Assembly: GCA_033763455.1 (NCBI GenBank)
Contig: JANRKO010000002.1
Location: 1-63,803, forward strand
Direction of reading: 5' to 3'
Origin: Polyangiaceae bacterium
GTDB lineage: Bacteria > Myxococcota_A > Polyangia > Polyangiales > Polyangiaceae
DNA: 63,803 nt
The number at the start of each line of letters is the position of its first letter. Within the stretch, counting starts at the first letter, position 1. Below, piece after piece: positions 8,287-17,775 of the stretch. The position numbers and the translations under genes are program-made. The notes under the pieces are model-generated. The model did not search any database. It was not told the origin of the DNA and saw only the letters and a list, made by a program, of their open reading frames with translations.

Positions 8287-9468
8287 TCAAAGGCCAAGAA
8301 CCGGCGTAGGCTGGTACCGATCCCAACGCGTTCCGATCCCCTGAGTTCCAAGCAGGTTCTCACCCCAACACAAGACCTCACCGTCCAGCTGCTCGGCGCA
8401 AGTTGTGTAAAACCCAGCACCAACGCGCCTCGCCTCTGGCACGCCGTAGGGGGTAATGAGCGTGCCAGGGTTACAGGCTGCATAAGACTTCTCGCAGTCG
8501 CGAGGCGCGGTGTTGGCTACTCCCAACGCCAATCCATTTCCCCAGCACCGAAGTGCACCCGACTTCAAGATGGCACACGCGTAGCCCTCCCCGAGGCTCA
8601 CCTCAGCCACGGGTGCCCCTAGATTCATAGCGTGAGGTGCGAAATCGATCGGATCAGAAGCGTTAACCGGTGGCACATATCCCCAGCAGTGCACGGTTGC
8701 ATCTGGCGCTAGCCCGCAGGCGTAGTCCCTGTTTGCCGCAAGCGCTTGCCACGCAACGTTTGGCAATATCCCAGGAAATACGGGCGCCGGGTCTTGGTAT
8801 GGTATTGGGGGATCCAGGAAGCCAAAAAAAACAGGATCCTTCACACCCCAGCACCAAATACTGTTATCGACGAGGGCAGCGCAAACTTGCACCGGACCCA
8901 CGGCAATCAGGCGCGCTGGTAACGGAAGCGCGACGGGTAGGGGCAGCTCTGAAGCTCCCACTTGGGCGGCAAGTTGCCCAGCGCTATTTGTACCCCAGCA
9001 CCAAACCCCACCATCCTGCTTCAGGGCACAGGCGGCATCTCCGTTGGCGGCGATTGACTGAACGTTCGCTTCAAGGCCGGGCACGGTAGTGGGTGGGGAA
9101 ATTCCCCTATCTTGCACGCTGAGCAGGGGGCTCCCCACGGGCGCTCCCCAACACTGCACAGCACCCGACCTAAGCAGAGCGCAGCTCCAGGTTTCACCCA
9201 CCGCGAGCTGCCTGACCTCGCCCTCCAACCCACGAACGCTCACAGCGCTCAACTGAAAATCTGGAAAGCCGGCGCCCACCGGGTTCCCATCGCCGAGTGC
9301 ACCCGCTCCACGAAACCCCCAACACTTGACCGCGCCATCATCGAGAAGCGCGCAGCTATGTTGACGAGCCAAAGCGAACTGTTCGACGTGGGTCACCTCA
9401 GCGCTACAACCGAGCAGCCAACCTATCGGGAGCAACAGAGCGGATCTTTCACGTAGAGCTTTCATCAC
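8287..9468 (-). CDS. RCC1-repeat lipoprotein
   Basis: Lipobox LLG-C; about 7 repeats of HSCALLxxGxVxCWG; start overlaps the upstream stop. Confidence 0.88.
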   Translation of the reverse strand: MMKALRERSALLLPIGWLLGCSAEVTHVEQFALARQHSCALLDDGAVKCWGFRGAGALGDGNPVGAGFPDFQLSAVSVRGLEGEVRQLAVGETWSCALLRSGAVQCWGAPVGSPLLSVQDRGISPPTTVPGLEANVQSIAANGDAACALKQDGGVWCWGTNSAGQLAAQVGASELPLPVALPLPARLIAVGPVQVCAALVDNSIWCWGVKDPVFFGFLDPPIPYQDPAPVFPGILPNVAWQALAANRDYACGLAPDATVHCWGYVPPVNASDPIDFAPHAMNLGAPVAEVSLGEGYACAILKSGALRCWGNGLALGVANTAPRDCEKSYAACNPGTLITPYGVPEARRVGAGFYTTCAEQLDGEVLCWGENLLGTQGIGTRWDRYQPTPVLGL

Positions 9469-10238
9469 TCAAACTCCACAATGCCTTGCACGACTCCGAC
9501 AACTTCATTATTCCAACAAAACCCGGCGTCGATGGGGCCGAACCCCCACTCCACGTAGTGCTCACCCGCATGCGAACTTGGCTCACCGATGCAAAAGTTC
9601 GAAAATTCGCGTTTCTGGCCGTCTAGCCACTCGAACTGGAGGTCGCCATCCTCGTCCCAAAGGCCCATCCACTTCCTATCCGCGAAGTGTTTTCCGAGCA
9701 TCAGATTCTCTTCCATATCGTCGATGAAAACGAGGTGTCCGCCCATTGCCTCTGCGGCGACTTTCGCATCTAGAAAGGAGTTCACAAGGGGCGTCACCGT
9801 GTACGCGTGACCACTTCGCTCGTCGATCACCGGATCGCACACGATGCCCAGGTAGGCAGTAGCGGCAACATCAGCAGACACGCTCACTTGAATGGCCGTG
9901 GTCGGGCAGCGCGCCTCTGGTCGCCCATTCACGTCCAGCACCGTTGCGCAAATGCCGTACGTGCCGGCGGGAAGCTGGAAGGATTCGCTGGCGAAGGCAA
10001 GGCGGTAGAATGCGTAAGCATCCTCGCCTCGCGTGGCCGGCCCAGTCACTTCGCCCTCCGCGGGCCCATCGCACGACTCACCTTCCGGCACAGCCTTGTA
10101 CCGAACCTCTACGCCCGCGTAGAGCGGGGCCACGACGGAGGCCACATCCAGACGGCCTCGGTCAGCTTCTCCGCACCCCATCGCCCCAAGCGCCCCCATC
10201 GCCCAGCACACCCACCAGATTTTCTTGTCACCCACCAA
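9465..10238 (-). CDS. Lipoprotein with a C-terminal C-type lectin domain
   Basis: Lipobox AMG-C; GHAY...AKVAAEAMGGHLVFIDDMEEN...WMGLWD...FEWLDG...FSNFCIGEPS...EHYV...CWNN. Confidence 0.82.
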   Translation of the reverse strand: MVGDKKIWWVCWAMGALGAMGCGEADRGRLDVASVVAPLYAGVEVRYKAVPEGESCDGPAEGEVTGPATRGEDAYAFYRLAFASESFQLPAGTYGICATVLDVNGRPEARCPTTAIQVSVSADVAATAYLGIVCDPVIDERSGHAYTVTPLVNSFLDAKVAAEAMGGHLVFIDDMEENLMLGKHFADRKWMGLWDEDGDLQFEWLDGQKREFSNFCIGEPSSHAGEHYVEWGFGPIDAGFCWNNEVVGVVQGIVEFE

Positions 10239-10351
10239 AGCTACCTCGCCGTCCGGCTTAGCTCAGGCAAGGGGGCGTTCCAAGCAAGCGTTATAGAATC
10301 TCACCCATTTCCTGTGTCTTTAGCCTGCGCTCTCATGGAAAGTTCGCGCAG

Positions 10352-10411
10352 GGAGACGCGTGGCGAGGGGCAAGCTGCCGCAACGCAGCGGCTGGGGAGG
10401 GGCATCCAACC
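10352..10411 (+). repeat. ~60 bp REP-like hairpin element, copy B
   Basis: Inverted copy of 5576-5636; lies directly after the stop codon of the YhhQ-family gene. Confidence 0.85.
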
Positions 10412-10413
10412 CC

Positions 10414-11106
10414 TCAATCCTCCGGCGCCAGCACCACGGGAGCTAGGCCAAGCCCTTTTTGCACCAGGCCGTGGCAAAGATAAACCAGTGGGGTTAACCC
10501 CACTGCAATCATGATTTTCAGGCCATAGGCTGAAAAGATGATGTTTACGATCTGAGCCACACTCATCATGCCGCTCCAGGCCACGAAATTGATCGTAATC
10601 GTGTCGATCAACTGCGATGCCACTGTGGAGCCCGTCGCTCGCAACCACAAGTATCGATTGTGCGAGAGACGCTTGAGCGCGTGAAATACTGCAATATCGA
10701 CAAACTGCGCCACCAAGTAGGCGCAGAGCGAGGCTACTAACATGCGCTGGGAACCGAGGAACACGTTATTGAAAGCCTGCTCCGTCACTCCCGTCCAATC
10801 CGCAGCTTGTGCCATCGGTGCAATGGGGATAGCCCCCGCGATGGCGATGACAACGAACGCCACCACTGCCATGCCGAAACCCACGAGTGTCACAAAGCGT
10901 GCAGCCTTCTGTCCGTAAAACTCGTTCAGCACGTCCGTTAGCAGGAACGTAACCGGAAACGGCAGCATACCCACGGTAGTTGTGAACTCAAAACCGAGGA
11001 TATGGGTCTGCACCAGCTTGCCGCCGATGATGTCGCCAACGATAAGACACGTAATGAACGTGGCGGCGAGTACTAGGAACAGCTTGTGACGAGTGTCTAG
11101 GAACAT
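10414..11106 (-). CDS. Queuosine precursor transporter (YhhQ/VUT family)
   Basis: FPVTFLLTDVLNEFYG, ASLCAYLVAQFVDI, LWLRATGSTVASQLIDT motifs; ATG 11106 preferred over the ORF-track start. Confidence 0.9.
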   Translation of the reverse strand: MFLDTRHKLFLVLAATFITCLIVGDIIGGKLVQTHILGFEFTTTVGMLPFPVTFLLTDVLNEFYGQKAARFVTLVGFGMAVVAFVVIAIAGAIPIAPMAQAADWTGVTEQAFNNVFLGSQRMLVASLCAYLVAQFVDIAVFHALKRLSHNRYLWLRATGSTVASQLIDTITINFVAWSGMMSVAQIVNIIFSAYGLKIMIAVGLTPLVYLCHGLVQKGLGLAPVVLAPED

Positions 11107-11466
11107 GGAGGCACCCAAGGCGAAAAAGGACTTGCCGACCGTGCAAGCGGCCCATCCTACACTCAGGCCGACGCCAACCCAGGGGCCATCGCGGGCACCC
11201 CGGGCGCCCGGAGCTCCCGCACCCGGCCGGCAACAGCGACAGCCCGGCCCCGGCAACCCTGAAGGTGGCACACATGGCACACCTGGCGTGGACCGCAGCC
11301 GCCTGACCTGTGAAGCACCAAAGCTGCCGTTTGCGGCTTCGATTTTGCTCGGGCGCCCCACCCGAAAGTTCAACGGGAAGTGACCCAAGGGTTGGCCCTA
11401 ATCTTGCTCCCTGCGGTCGAGACCACGAACCCACCGTCTTTAGACCGAGATCACTAGGAGCACACC

Positions 11467-12645
11467 ATGTCGCGTTTTCGAGCCATCCGTTTGTCCGGGA
11501 CACTTCTAGGCTTTGGGCTCGCCCTGCTCTCGACCCAGGCCGAGGCGCAGGCCCAGTCCACATGCACCAGCAACATGGACTGCTCCAAAGGCTTCAGCTG
11601 CGAGGTTGTCGGCGGGACGGCGTGCCCAGGTGTCGCCTGCGCTCCTGGCCAGGTTTGCCCCGCGGCTCCTGTCTGCATGCCTGAAGAAATCCGCGGCTGC
11701 GTTCCGGCGGCCTGTAGCAGCGACGCCGATTGCGGCACCGATATGGTCTGCCATTCCGAGACGATCACCAATTGTGTTTCTGTGGGCGCTCCGAGTTGTG
11801 CTCCTGGCCAAAATTGCGGCGCTCCCCCACCCGCGGTGGACACCGGCTGCACACCGTCGGTCGTGAGCCAATGCATGCCGCGTTACCTTCTCGGCTGCAA
11901 CGTGGGTAGCGACTGTGGTGCTGGCTTCGACTGCGTTCCAGAGAAGAGCTGTAGCTGCAGCGGTGGCAGCGGTACGGCCACTCCAGGTGGCTCCGGAGCG
12001 GCCGGCGGATCCCCGGGATTTGCACCACCTCCGCCCGCAGATGCAGCATTCCCAGTCGGTACCGGCGGCGCCACCTCCACCGATCCGGCGTGTAGCTGCA
12101 CCGAGGGCCCAAACAAGGTTTGCCAAATCAAGGATCAATCGTGCACCAGCACCGCCGATTGCTTGCCCACTTGGACGTGCAGCCCAGTCGGCGGCTACAG
12201 CGTCTGTGAAGGCGTGACGCCCGCATCCGATCCAAGCGTCCCGGCTCCTCTTCCAGCACAAGCGATTACACCTCCCACGTGCACCTCCGTTCCGGGCGAG
12301 CTGAAGTGCGTGCCGCCGTACTACGAAACCTATGGTGGCATTTCGGCGAGCACTCCTGGGCAAGGCACGGCCACTGGTGGTGAAGTCGGAGCCGCAGGCA
12401 CCCCGAAAAACACCTCAAACGGCGCCTCCCCGTTCCCTTCACTGCCCCCCGCTGGAACCCCGGCCCCAAGCCCCGAAGCTCCCGCCGCGCCACCTGGCAG
12501 CACAGCCCCAAGTGGTTCGGCTGCAGAACCCACTGCCAAAGGCTGCCAGCTAAGCCTGGGTAGTGCGCCAACTAGCTCCCTCCCACTCTTCGCCTTACTT
12601 GGTCTCTCTGCGGTGTTCGCCGGTCGCCGACGACGTCAGGCTTGA
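11467..12645 (+). CDS. Cys-rich secreted surface protein with a MYXO-CTERM-like sorting tail
   Basis: AGGAG RBS, signal peptide, repeated CxxxxDC modules, Pro/Gly linker, and C-terminal GC...hydrophobic segment...RRRR. Confidence 0.85.
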   Translation: MSRFRAIRLSGTLLGFGLALLSTQAEAQAQSTCTSNMDCSKGFSCEVVGGTACPGVACAPGQVCPAAPVCMPEEIRGCVPAACSSDADCGTDMVCHSETITNCVSVGAPSCAPGQNCGAPPPAVDTGCTPSVVSQCMPRYLLGCNVGSDCGAGFDCVPEKSCSCSGGSGTATPGGSGAAGGSPGFAPPPPADAAFPVGTGGATSTDPACSCTEGPNKVCQIKDQSCTSTADCLPTWTCSPVGGYSVCEGVTPASDPSVPAPLPAQAITPPTCTSVPGELKCVPPYYETYGGISASTPGQGTATGGEVGAAGTPKNTSNGASPFPSLPPAGTPAPSPEAPAAPPGSTAPSGSAAEPTAKGCQLSLGSAPTSSLPLFALLGLSAVFAGRRRRQA

Positions 12646-12655
12646 CCGGCAAGTA

Positions 12656-13528
12656 CTAGAGCGTCGCGGAGACCACAGCGTCCCGAGCGCTAGCTTCGAG
12701 CGGGCCTCGGGCTCCCGAGTGGCTTGCTGGATCTGGGACACCGGGAGCCGGGTGGCTTTGCTCCTCCAAAAATCCGATCAGACGCTCACGTAGTGCGTAG
12801 TACTCAGGTGAAGCGAGCAACTGTGCGCGGTTCCGAGGACGCGCAAACTGCACTTCCATGATCTCCCCCACACGTGCATTCGGCCCGCTCGTCATCATGA
12901 TAATGCGATCCGAACAAAAGAGAGCCTCATCCACATCGTGCGTCACCATGAGTGCCGTCTTCCGATCCTGAGCCCATAGCTCCAGAAGGGTGTCTTGAAG
13001 CTCCAGGCGGGTGAGCGAATCTAACATTCCGAAGGGTTCATCCAGCAGGAACATTTTGGGCGAAAGTGCGAACGCACGGGCGAGCCCAACGCGCTGCCGC
13101 ATTCCGGAGGATAACTCCTTTGGCTTCTTATGGAGCGCATCCCCAAGGCCTACGAGCTCAAGGTAATGTGCCGCAATTTTTCGCCGCTCTTCTCTGGTCT
13201 TGTTCGGGCAGACCTGATCGACGCCCAGCTTTACATTCTCTAGCGCGCTCAGCCAATCCAACAGGCACGGCGCCTGGAACACCACGCCGCGATCCGGCCC
13301 CGCGTCGCGCACGACTTTTCCGGCCAGCACAACGTCTCCAAAGCTAGCTTTGTTGAGCCCCGCAACAATGGAGAGCACCGTGGATTTTCCGCAGCCAGAG
13401 TGGCCTATGATGCTTACAAACTCGCCCTCACGCACCGTGACCGTAAAATCCTGAACAATGACCGTTTCACCCGTGGGCGTTGGGTAGCTTTTTGCGAGAT
13501 TGAAGATCTCTAGGTAGCGCTTGTTCAC
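12656..13528 (-). CDS. nrtD: Nitrate ABC transporter ATP-binding protein (NrtD-like)
   Basis: [57 protein letters not shown]. Confidence 0.85.
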   Translation of the reverse strand: MNKRYLEIFNLAKSYPTPTGETVIVQDFTVTVREGEFVSIIGHSGCGKSTVLSIVAGLNKASFGDVVLAGKVVRDAGPDRGVVFQAPCLLDWLSALENVKLGVDQVCPNKTREERRKIAAHYLELVGLGDALHKKPKELSSGMRQRVGLARAFALSPKMFLLDEPFGMLDSLTRLELQDTLLELWAQDRKTALMVTHDVDEALFCSDRIIMMTSGPNARVGEIMEVQFARPRNRAQLLASPEYYALRERLIGFLEEQSHPAPGVPDPASHSGARGPLEASARDAVVSATL

Positions 13529-14352
13529 GAGGCAACCTCCACTAGTTGCACTAAGGGCTCAGATGGAGCCTCCACTCTTCCACTTCGGCGTTTCTGCCGG
13601 CTATCGAGTAGAAATTCTGTAATTTGCGCCTTGAGTGCGCGAAATTTGGGATCGTGATTGAGCGCACGTCGGTCCCTGGGGCGAGGAATATCCACCTCCG
13701 AACTCGGCCCAAACGTAGCGGCGGGGCCGGCGCTCAGTGGCACGATGCGATCGGCAAGCAAAATGGCTTCGTCTACGTCGTTCGTAACGAGTACGATCGT
13801 CTTACCGGAAACGCGACCTATACGCTCGATCTCGTCCTGAAGCGATGCGCGGGTGAGTGCGTCCAAAGCGCTCAATGGCTCATCCATCAACAAGACTTCC
13901 GGATCTGCCGCGAGCGCCCGAGCCAATGCAACACGCTGCCGCATTCCTCCCGAAAGCTGCGCCGGCTTCCTCTCATGGGCGTGACCCAAGCCCACCATGG
14001 CCAAGTAGCGCTCCGTTCGTCGCAGCTTCTCTTCCTTGGGCAAAGAAGCGAGCACGCTATCTACCGCGAAGTAGACGTTTTCAAACGTCGTTAGCCATGG
14101 CAAAAGCGAGTAATTCTGAAATACTACGCCGCGCTCTGGGCCAGGCGCTTCCACAGGCTTGCCCTGCCAAAGCACCTGACCCTTATCGGGACGGCTAAGC
14201 CCCGATAAGAGCGAAATAATGGTGGACTTGCCGGCGCCAGAAAAGCCAACAATCGCAACGAATTCCCCCTTTTCCACGGCGAGCGAGGCATTGCGCAGAA
14301 CATGCGTCTGACCGTGAGATTTGTCGACGTTCAAGAGCTCAAGCAGCGCCAT
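13525..14352 (-). CDS. nrtC: Nitrate ABC transporter ATP-binding protein (short NrtC-like)
   Basis: [47 protein letters not shown]; Asn in place of the H-loop His (VTNDVDEA). Confidence 0.8.
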   Translation of the reverse strand: MALLELLNVDKSHGQTHVLRNASLAVEKGEFVAIVGFSGAGKSTIISLLSGLSRPDKGQVLWQGKPVEAPGPERGVVFQNYSLLPWLTTFENVYFAVDSVLASLPKEEKLRRTERYLAMVGLGHAHERKPAQLSGGMRQRVALARALAADPEVLLMDEPLSALDALTRASLQDEIERIGRVSGKTIVLVTNDVDEAILLADRIVPLSAGPAATFGPSSEVDIPRPRDRRALNHDPKFRALKAQITEFLLDSRQKRRSGRVEAPSEPLVQLVEVAS

Positions 14353-14356
14353 GCTG

Positions 14357-15145
14357 TTATGCGACCTTCAGGCGCTGTTCGATGGCACCCATCATGCGAT
14401 CCAAGATGAAGCCCACCAGCCCAATCGTGACAATGCACAAGATAATGTGCTCGTAGATGAGCGCATTGTATTCCTGCCAGAGAAAGCCGCCAACACCGGG
14501 AGCACCCGTAAGCATTTCTGCGGCCACAATTACCAGCCACGCTATGCCCAGGCTAAGCCGAAAGCCTGTGAACATGTAAGGCAACGCCGCGGGTAACATC
14601 ACCTTGAACAGGGTCTTCATGCGACCGAGCCTCAACACCTTGGCAACATTCAGGTAATCCTGCGGCACCGAACGTACCCCGAGAGCCGTATTCAGCACCG
14701 TGGGCCACATGGAACACATGGCGATAGTGAAGAGCCCCGCCGGCCCGGGTTGCTGAAATATGACCAAACCGAGCGGCAGCCACGCGAGCGGTGATACGGG
14801 GCGTAAGATTTGAACGATGGGATCGAACAAGGCCTGAAAGAAGCGCGACATCCCTAGGAGGAACCCAAGCGGGGTGCCAATGAGCAGCGCCAGCCCGTAG
14901 CCCTGCGCGACGCGTTCTAGGGAATACCAAGTGAAGCGCAAAATCCCTTGATCTAGCTCACCACGTTTCGAAAATGGATCAAGCACGTAGCTGCGACTCA
15001 CCTCCCACGTTTTCCACGGAGTAGGCAGAGACGTTGCCCAGGTTTTGCTGGTGATCGCCCACAAGCCGATGATCACCAATATCCCTAGCACGGGGAGGCC
15101 CACCGCCGCGAGCCTCCGTATCCACATCTGTGATTTGCTCTCCAT
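14357..15145 (-). CDS. nrtB: Nitrate ABC transporter permease (NrtB)
   Basis: DPIVQILRPVSPLAWLPL, WPTVLNTALGV, RLSLGIAWLVIVAAEMLTG. Confidence 0.92.
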   Translation of the reverse strand: MESKSQMWIRRLAAVGLPVLGILVIIGLWAITSKTWATSLPTPWKTWEVSRSYVLDPFSKRGELDQGILRFTWYSLERVAQGYGLALLIGTPLGFLLGMSRFFQALFDPIVQILRPVSPLAWLPLGLVIFQQPGPAGLFTIAMCSMWPTVLNTALGVRSVPQDYLNVAKVLRLGRMKTLFKVMLPAALPYMFTGFRLSLGIAWLVIVAAEMLTGAPGVGGFLWQEYNALIYEHIILCIVTIGLVGFILDRMMGAIEQRLKVA

Positions 15146-15243
15146 AATGCAACCTACAATTACAAATACAGGACCTTGTGTTTCATGAACGTAACAGTTC
15201 TCTCAACAAAGGCAGTTTCTTGTTTCGGTTTCGAAAACTCGAC

Positions 15244-16542
15244 TCAACCCTTCATACTGTGGACCTTGAACCCAGTGGCGTACTCCTCGGGTTTAGCTGG
15301 GTCGAATACGCCACCATCGAAAAACGTCTCCGGACCTTCGTTCCTGGATACCGTTACACCGAGTTCTTTCATGGCTGCTTCGTAGATATCTGTACGCATG
15401 ACTTGTTTAGCCACACCGGCGTAGTCGGGCGGGCCTTCCACCATGCCCCAGCGCCGGAACTGAGTGAGCCACCAGCTTGCAAACTTGGGCTCTGGCACGT
15501 TGCAGCCGCGGGAACTGAAAATCATGTAATTCGGGTCCTGTTTCTTGCGACCGTCGCCGTAATCGTAGTTGCCCTGCAGGCGACTCAAAATCGCCTCCGG
15601 CGGGCAGTTGATGTACGTGGGCTTGGACACGAGCGCCGCCTGTTCAGGCCTATTTTCCATCTTGTCTAGCCACTCGCTCGCCTCGTGCAGGGCCTTCAAG
15701 ACGGCTTTTACCGTCTTCGGATTCTTTGCCGCGAACTCCTCGGTAAAGGCGCACACCTTCTCCGGGTGGTCCTTCCAGATCTCCTGGGTGGTGATCGCTG
15801 TAAAGCCAATGCCATCTGCCACAGCACGTGCGTTCCACGGCTCACCAACGCAAAACCCATCCATGCGATCAATCTTCATGTTCGCCACCATTTGTGGTGG
15901 AGGGATGGTGACAAGTGCTACATCTTTGTCGGGGTTGATACCGCCCGAAGCAAGGAAGTACCGCATCCACATCGCGTGAGTCCCGGTGGGAAAGGTGGCG
16001 GCGAAAGTAAGTGGCTTGTTGGCTGCCTTTGCCGCCTGCACAAAAGGCACGAGCGCTTTTGGATCCGCCGCGACTTTGCCCTTGAATGAAGCCTTCAGAG
16101 TAATCGCCTGCCCATTGCGATTGAGCAGCCACGGTACCACCATGGGTTTCTTGGGAGACCCCATGAGCCCCATCGTGGAAGCAATGGGCATACCCAGCAA
16201 CATATGCGTGGCCTGAATATCTCCATTCGAGAGAGAATCGCGAATCGCGGCCCAGCTCGCACCCTTGATAATGGTGGAGTTGATGCCGTACTTTTTGAAC
16301 ATGCCCTTTTCGTGTGCAATCACGATGGGAGAGCAATCCGTAAGGGCGATCATGCCAAAGCGCAGGTCGCTCGTTTCTGGCTTACTAGGCGAAACATCCT
16401 GTACAACCGCCTTGGCACTTGCTGCTGGGGTCGCTGCAGCCGCATCTGGTTTACTGCACCCTCCGAGCCCAACCGAGGCCAGCGTGGCCAGCGATCCGGT
16501 GAAAAAAGGGCGACGCTTGAGACGCAATGACGAGTCTTTCAT
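15244..16542 (-). CDS. nrtA: Nitrate ABC transporter substrate-binding lipoprotein (NrtA/CmpA family)
   Basis: KRRPFF Tat-like leader with GG-C lipobox; IALTDCSP, ATFPTGTHAMWMRY, PPPQMV, CVGEPWN, WKDHPEK. Confidence 0.92.
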   Translation of the reverse strand: MKDSSLRLKRRPFFTGSLATLASVGLGGCSKPDAAAATPAASAKAVVQDVSPSKPETSDLRFGMIALTDCSPIVIAHEKGMFKKYGINSTIIKGASWAAIRDSLSNGDIQATHMLLGMPIASTMGLMGSPKKPMVVPWLLNRNGQAITLKASFKGKVAADPKALVPFVQAAKAANKPLTFAATFPTGTHAMWMRYFLASGGINPDKDVALVTIPPPQMVANMKIDRMDGFCVGEPWNARAVADGIGFTAITTQEIWKDHPEKVCAFTEEFAAKNPKTVKAVLKALHEASEWLDKMENRPEQAALVSKPTYINCPPEAILSRLQGNYDYGDGRKKQDPNYMIFSSRGCNVPEPKFASWWLTQFRRWGMVEGPPDYAGVAKQVMRTDIYEAAMKELGVTVSRNEGPETFFDGGVFDPAKPEEYATGFKVHSMKG

Positions 16543-16565
16543 GACAAACTCCAAGTTCGAGGGTT

Positions 16566-17510
16566 TCAAAAAATGACGGGGATATCGAGCTGAATCACTT
16601 TGTATTTGGCCTTCGACATGGGTTCATCCACCGGCAAAGCCAACGCGAGCGCGGGACGAACCCAGCTCTTCTCCGAAAGCTTCACGTGGAAGCGTGGCCC
16701 GAAAGCCACGGTGGTGGTGTCGCGAAGGGCAGAGTTCGCTTTCACGGGCGTGGGTGTAGAAAGCCAACGTTGGTGTCTGAGCTCTGCGCCCAGCGATAGC
16801 ATGGGCATCAAGAAGTAACCCACGTGAAGCCCGCTTGTGAAGTTCGTGCGTGAGGAATCCTTGTCGAAGTTCTCACCTTTCACGCGGGTGAGCTCAAGCA
16901 CGGTGGCTTCGGCTTGCACTGTGAGGCCTTGAGAAACGTAAGCAATGCCTGCTCCCGGAAACACGGTGAAGTAGTTGACAGCAAACATGGCATTGTCCAT
17001 CGCTGACCGAGCCAAAATCCCAGCGCCATTAGCTGCGCGATTCTCTGGCTTCGATGAATTGCCGCCACCCGATCCCACCGGCACCGTCAGCCCAAGAAAG
17101 AGGCCGAGTTTCAACTCTGGAGAAAGCTTGAGGGCATAGGTGCCACCGAGAACCGGATTCAAAAAGTTAGTCCCGGAAGGTCCGGTGGGAGGCGAGTTCT
17201 TCACGAAACCCACGCGAACGAGTGGCGCCAGCTCGTCGGTGAGCTTGTAGCTTCCAAGGAGCGTCGAGGCCAATGTGCTGCCACCGCGCGTGGTCGGGCT
17301 CTCGTAAAACGCGTACGTTGAATCTGAACGCAAGACTGTTCCGGCAACAACCGGACGCAACTGAAAGGGGAGCGAATACGGCGGTGGCTTTGGCTTATCT
17401 GCAGGGGCAGGGATTTCGGCTGGTGGGGCATCAGCGGCCTGGGCGGACGCTATGCTGAGGCAGAACACGCTGAGCGCGCCCAGCGCCGTGGTGAGGAGGG
17501 TTCGTTTCAT
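16566..17510 (-). CDS. Putative outer-membrane beta-barrel protein, first gene of the nrt operon
   Basis: Signal peptide (MKRTLL...AQA), alternating amphipathic strands and a C-terminal Phe. ATG 17510 chosen because the sigma-54 promoter lies at 17555-17569. Confidence 0.7.
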   Translation of the reverse strand: MKRTLLTTALGALSVFCLSIASAQAADAPPAEIPAPADKPKPPPYSLPFQLRPVVAGTVLRSDSTYAFYESPTTRGGSTLASTLLGSYKLTDELAPLVRVGFVKNSPPTGPSGTNFLNPVLGGTYALKLSPELKLGLFLGLTVPVGSGGGNSSKPENRAANGAGILARSAMDNAMFAVNYFTVFPGAGIAYVSQGLTVQAEATVLELTRVKGENFDKDSSRTNFTSGLHVGYFLMPMLSLGAELRHQRWLSTPTPVKANSALRDTTTVAFGPRFHVKLSEKSWVRPALALALPVDEPMSKAKYKVIQLDIPVIF

Positions 17511-17554
17511 CGGACTGCTTAAGTGGTGGAAGAGACTCATTGCGCTCATCTATC

Positions 17555-17569
17555 GCAAGGCCCGCGCCA
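17555..17569 (-). promoter_or_regulatory. Sigma-54 (-24/-12) promoter of the barrel-nrtABCD operon
   Basis: Minus strand TGGCGC-GGGCC-TTGC. Confidence 0.8.
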
Positions 17570-17654
17570 AGTGCTCACCTGCACCCACAAGCGCTGTTTT
17601 TTGGCTGCCTCAAAATTGTGAAACACCATAGACACGCTCCCTACCTCGTGCGGT

Positions 17655-17701
17655 GCTACAAAGTCGTTCGTAGCGGGCCTCGTTTGGGACAGGATTGTCA
17701 A
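17655..17701. promoter_or_regulatory. Candidate enhancer (UAS) pair for the nrt promoter
   Basis: GGGACA-GGAT-TGTCAA (17686-17701) and a degenerate GCTACA-AAGT-CGTTCG (17655-17670), 31 bp apart; the proximal edge is 87 bp from the first G of the -24 GG. Confidence 0.55.
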
Positions 17702-17775
17702 ACGCGTTTTTCCCCGAAAGCCCTCGCCCCGAAACATTTCGGACACGGAGCTGCCTCCACCATGGCGTGAGAGCA

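Noticed and set aside
11107..11388. N-terminal extension of the YhhQ ORF, or a preQ1 riboswitch
   Set aside because: Low-complexity GC-rich translation before the family-like start; no preQ1 consensus recognised.
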